64,000 nt of DNA from contig CALKUP010000001.1 in the NCBI GenBank assembly GCA_937996685.1, positions 181,571 to 245,570 on the forward strand, read 5' to 3'. A program made the position numbers and the translations under genes. This document shows positions 60,831 through 64,000 of this stretch, in pieces. The DNA is from an uncultured bacterium. Lineage in GTDB: Bacteria; Patescibacteriota; Patescibacteriia; UBA9570; XYC2-FULL-38-9. Positions within the stretch are counted from its first letter, which is position 1. Each line of letters starts with the position of its first letter. The notes below the pieces were generated by a model. It did not search any database. It saw nothing but the letters and a program-made list of their open reading frames with translations, and was not told the origin of the DNA.

Positions 60831-62240
60831 TTGAGTGATATGATTTTTCCAAAACCAACGAAAACACTCTTGCAGCTCCTTGGTCCGTCAATCGTCTTTG
60901 TCGCGCTGTCTTTGAATGGGGGAGAGATGCTGCTGTGGCCGAGCCTGACTGCCAATTACAGTATGCGCATTTTGTGGCCGCTGCTTATTATTCTCACACT
61001 GCAATTTATCGTCAATATTGAAATCGAGCGATATACATTAGTCACCGGAAAAAGTACGGAAGCGAACCTCACACAAAATATTCGTTGGCTATCTGTTGTG
61101 TTTGTGATCGCGGTGCTCGTCTCACTTGTCTGGCCAGCCTGGATGTCAACTGCGGGGAACATCCTCGCGACGCTCGTGCTCCCGCAAGCAGCTCCAGCTG
61201 CGGTGCGAAACGCCGGCTTGGTGTTTACGATTATGTTGATGTGTTTGGTGACAATTGTGTTTGTGATGAAAAACACCTACAAAATTTTGGAGTCTGTCTC
61301 ACGCGTTGGCTTAGTCTTCGCGCTCGGGATTATTTTTTTGGTGGTTGTGTTGAATTTTGACGCAGCCGCCTTATTTGAAGGCGTGCGTGGAATTTTTGCA
61401 TTTGGCTATGTGCCGCAGACACTTCCGCGGTTTGATTTTTTGGGAGCTGTGGCCTATGGCGGTGTGGCTGGTGTATTGAACTTGGTGCAAAGTGAGTGGA
61501 TTGCGAGTAAAAAATATGGCGCCGCAGCGCTCTCTGAAGCAGACCGCATGGCGATTGACTGGAGTGCGTCAGAATCTCAGTCGAATTTTCGACACTGGTT
61601 TTCACTGGTGAATCGTGAACATTTTCTCTTATTCTTTTGCGCAAATCTCTTTACTATTTTTGTTTTGTCATATCTCGGAACACTGTTGTTACCAATTGGA
61701 ACAGCGCAAGGATTTGGTGTGTTGCAAAAAGAAATTGCCGTACTCAATAGTCAGATTCCGTATCTTGGCGTGGCGTTCGGCGCTGCGACCTTTGTTATTT
61801 TTGTGATGGCAAATGTGACCATTTTGGATGCGATTGGCCGTTTGGTGCATCGCGTGATTGAAACAAATGCACCGAATCTTGCGCGTCGTTTACAGCCAAG
61901 TCGCGTCAGCTTGATTGCGATTGGGCTTGGGGTTCTGATTCTCGGACTATCAATCGTCAATGAAAATTTTAAACAACCATATTTTTTGCTCGTGATGTCA
62001 GCGAGCTTGTCTTCATTGGTAATGTGGTTGTATCCGCCGCTGCTTCTAAAACTGAACTTGCAATTACCACAAGCGGCAAGGCCCGCGTTGTGGCGACAAA
62101 TTGGGATTTCTGTGTGCACGCTGTTTTATGGTGGAGTCGGGCTTTGGGCACTGTCGAGTATTGCGCCGCTTTGGAGTGTGATTGTGCTCGGAGTTGTTGT
62201 GACAAGTTACCAGCTCTATATCGTTTTTATAAAAAAATAG
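60831..62240 (+). CDS. polytopic membrane transporter, distantly Nramp-like
   Basis: LGPSIVFVALSLNGGEM...ERYTLVTGKS parallels the Nramp GPG...DPGN and ...GVVTGKDL motifs; at least 10 TM segments. Confidence 0.4.
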   Translation: MSDMIFPKPTKTLLQLLGPSIVFVALSLNGGEMLLWPSLTANYSMRILWPLLIILTLQFIVNIEIERYTLVTGKSTEANLTQNIRWLSVVFVIAVLVSLVWPAWMSTAGNILATLVLPQAAPAAVRNAGLVFTIMLMCLVTIVFVMKNTYKILESVSRVGLVFALGIIFLVVVLNFDAAALFEGVRGIFAFGYVPQTLPRFDFLGAVAYGGVAGVLNLVQSEWIASKKYGAAALSEADRMAIDWSASESQSNFRHWFSLVNREHFLLFFCANLFTIFVLSYLGTLLLPIGTAQGFGVLQKEIAVLNSQIPYLGVAFGAATFVIFVMANVTILDAIGRLVHRVIETNAPNLARRLQPSRVSLIAIGLGVLILGLSIVNENFKQPYFLLVMSASLSSLVMWLYPPLLLKLNLQLPQAARPALWRQIGISVCTLFYGGVGLWALSSIAPLWSVIVLGVVVTSYQLYIVFIKK

Positions 62241-62288
62241 GGTTGCAGTTTTTACACAACGTGATAGGCTAGAGGTCATTAACCCTTT

Positions 62289-62864
62289 ATGTTTATGGCG
62301 TACACACCGCAAGATTTTTCAACCCTGTTAGGACTTCCTGGTTTTTCTGATCAGTTGCTCCAAAACCATTTCAAGCTCTATGAAGGTTATGTGACAAACA
62401 CAAACAAATTAACCGATTTGTTTAAAACACTCGACAAAACAACACCAGAATATGCTGAATTGAAACGTCGTTTTGGATGGGAATTTAACGGAATGCGGTT
62501 GCATGAATTGTATTTTGCGAACATGACAAAAACATCCGCGCCTCTATCTGAAGGAAGTGCGTTGCTCGCAAAGATTGTTGAAACCTGGGGTTCATTTGAA
62601 GCGTGGCAAGAAGATTTTCAAAAGACATCTGCAATGCGCGGCATTGGTTGGACAATTTTATATCGCGATCCAGTGAGCGGTGATTTGTTTAATGCATGGA
62701 TCAACGAACATGATGTTGGACACTTGGCTGGCGGAGAACCATTGCTTGTACTCGATGTATTCGAACATGCGTACATGCTTGATTACGGTGTGAACCGTGC
62801 AGATTATATCGCAGCCTTTTTCAAGGTGATTGATTGGGAAGCAACAGAAAAGCGCTTTGTATAA
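62289..62864 (+). CDS. Fe/Mn superoxide dismutase-like protein
   Basis: C-terminal DVFEHAYMLDY (D-x-W-E-H-A-Y-Y box) and an N-terminal helical domain; one canonical N-terminal His appears substituted. Confidence 0.6.
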   Translation: MFMAYTPQDFSTLLGLPGFSDQLLQNHFKLYEGYVTNTNKLTDLFKTLDKTTPEYAELKRRFGWEFNGMRLHELYFANMTKTSAPLSEGSALLAKIVETWGSFEAWQEDFQKTSAMRGIGWTILYRDPVSGDLFNAWINEHDVGHLAGGEPLLVLDVFEHAYMLDYGVNRADYIAAFFKVIDWEATEKRFV

Positions 62865-62994
62865 AGATTTCCATATTTGGCAAACTTCTGCGTCAAAAAT
62901 TCCGGTGCTCCTTCACCGTAGTTTTACTACGGCTCAGTTCACTCCTCATTTTTTCCTTGAATTTTACTCAAATCTGAAAATCTTTTTTTAAGGT

Positions 62995-63906
62995 ATGCCT
63001 GAACTTCCAGAAATTGAAACCGTCGCGCGTGGATTGCGCACGCACATCCTCGGGAAAACAATTTCCGAGGTTGTTGTGTATGACGCAAAAAAATTCAAAG
63101 GCACACCAAAACAGTTGAAAGAGTATGTGATTGGAAAAAAGGTTGTTGGTATTGAACGTCGTGCAAAATGGCTCTTGCTCCGACTTGAAACTGATTATGT
63201 CTTTATCATTCATTTGAAAATGACCGGACAACTACTGTTCGAACCAGCTGCAGGGAAGCGAGTGCGCAAGACAGAGCCCGAGGCCTATTTTCTTGGCGGA
63301 CATACCATGGAGTCAGATGACGCTGCGCGGCCGACATTTCCGAATTCACACACGCGTGTTGCGTTTGTGTTTTCAGATACATCGACGCTCTATTTTCAAG
63401 ACATGCGCCGGTTTGGATATGTTGAGCTTCATGCACCAGGCAAGGTTGATGCCTATTTTTCAGATCGCAAGCTCGCACTTGAAATTCAAGATGCAGACAC
63501 GACATTTGATTATTTCACACAGCAACTCAGCCGCCGCGCTCGCACCACTATTAAGGCCGCGCTCCTCAATCAGTCTGTTGTTTCTGGACTTGGGAATATT
63601 TATGTTGATGACACGCTGCATCTCGCGAAGATTCATCCGACGCGCGTTGTTGGAACACTGACAGACAAAGAGCTCCGCACGATCTATACCTCGGCTCGAA
63701 AAATAATCAACAAAGCGATTGATCTCGGCGGCACATCATTTAGTTCGTTTTTGCGTGTCGACGGAAAGCTCGGGCAATACTGGGAGAAGCGACGGGTGTA
63801 CGGCCGGACAGGCGAGCCATGTCAAGTCTGTAAAACACCGATTGAAAAAATCCGAGTCGCGGGCCGGGGAACACATTTCTGTCCAACGTGTCAAACAGTT
63901 TCGTAA
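62995..63906 (+). CDS. mutM: formamidopyrimidine-DNA glycosylase
   Basis: MPELPEIET N-terminal catalytic Pro/Glu, H2TH, and a C-terminal CxxC...CxxC zinc finger (CQVC...CPTC). Confidence 0.85.
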   Translation: MPELPEIETVARGLRTHILGKTISEVVVYDAKKFKGTPKQLKEYVIGKKVVGIERRAKWLLLRLETDYVFIIHLKMTGQLLFEPAAGKRVRKTEPEAYFLGGHTMESDDAARPTFPNSHTRVAFVFSDTSTLYFQDMRRFGYVELHAPGKVDAYFSDRKLALEIQDADTTFDYFTQQLSRRARTTIKAALLNQSVVSGLGNIYVDDTLHLAKIHPTRVVGTLTDKELRTIYTSARKIINKAIDLGGTSFSSFLRVDGKLGQYWEKRRVYGRTGEPCQVCKTPIEKIRVAGRGTHFCPTCQTVS

Positions 63907-63910
63907 CAAA

Positions 63911-63937
63911 AAACTGCTCGGAATAGAGCAGTTTTTC
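63911..63937 (+). terminator. rho-independent terminator (ACTGCTC...GAGCAGT followed by T5)
   Basis: Read directly from the sequence after mutM. Confidence 0.6.
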
Positions 63938-64000
63938 TGTATCGCGTGCGACGATTACGCTGCAACAGTTTCACCGTGTGCAGCTGAACGGATGCAACGT

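Overview
This 64-kb window is gene-dense (about 45-48% GC) and comes from a bacterium whose native genes almost never carry a Shine-Dalgarno (SD) sequence. Instead, many start codons sit 0-10 nt downstream of a (T/A)ATACT or TATAGT box, which suggests leaderless or very short-leader mRNAs. The lineage looks reduced (Patescibacteria-like or another SD-less group); I cannot place it more precisely from sequence alone.

Core content, in order:
- trpS (3' fragment), a PP-loop ATPase-family protein, murD, gpmI (minus strand), a GlmM-like phosphohexomutase (minus strand), a SAM-dependent methyltransferase (minus strand) and a bacterial Elp3-like radical-SAM/GNAT protein.
- A complete de novo pyrimidine operon in near pathway order: carA-carB-pyrB-pyrC-pyrD-pyrF-pyrE.
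- Nucleotide and one-carbon genes that follow it: cdd, a PRTase (UPRT-like) fusion, glyA, folD, prs and an archaeal-type PEP carboxylase.
- ychF, a THUMP-domain RNA methyltransferase, a minimal type IV pilus set (pilM, pilin, pilD), a secreted metallophosphoesterase, ligA, a TrmB-like regulator, gatC-gatA, a stand-alone receiver domain, ndk and an amidohydrolase.
- A tRNA-Gly(CCC) with encoded CCA, followed by hypothetical genes and an EEP-family nuclease/phosphatase.
- A DedA-family protein, a GT2 glycosyltransferase, a polysaccharide deacetylase, a MacB-like ABC ATPase/permease pair, an Nramp-like transporter, a SOD-like protein and mutM.

The most unusual signal is a set of compositionally foreign cassettes (about 60-67% GC). 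Their genes all carry strong GGAGG ribosome-binding sites, in contrast to the native genes:
- 18740-20720: a LOG-family nucleotide hydrolase plus two small ORFs, inserted inside the pyrimidine/salvage neighbourhood.
- 37962-38828: one hypothetical gene bracketed by perfect inverted-repeat hairpins.
- 45990-49250: a 114-aa protein, a 63-aa acidic peptide and a 518-aa ATP-grasp-like protein. This is a possible peptide-modification (graspetide-like) cassette, but that reading is speculative.
- 55080-56080: a membrane-protein and lipoprotein pair.

Other things worth a look:
- A consensus sigma70 promoter driving an approximately 260-nt structured candidate ncRNA (6421-6690).
- A roughly 60-nt structured intergenic element, present in two copies with compensatory base changes and mutually exclusive hairpins.
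- A promoter-plus-terminator micro-transcript (47531-47641).
- Several clean rho-independent terminators.

No CRISPR array, rRNA gene or recognisable transposase was seen.
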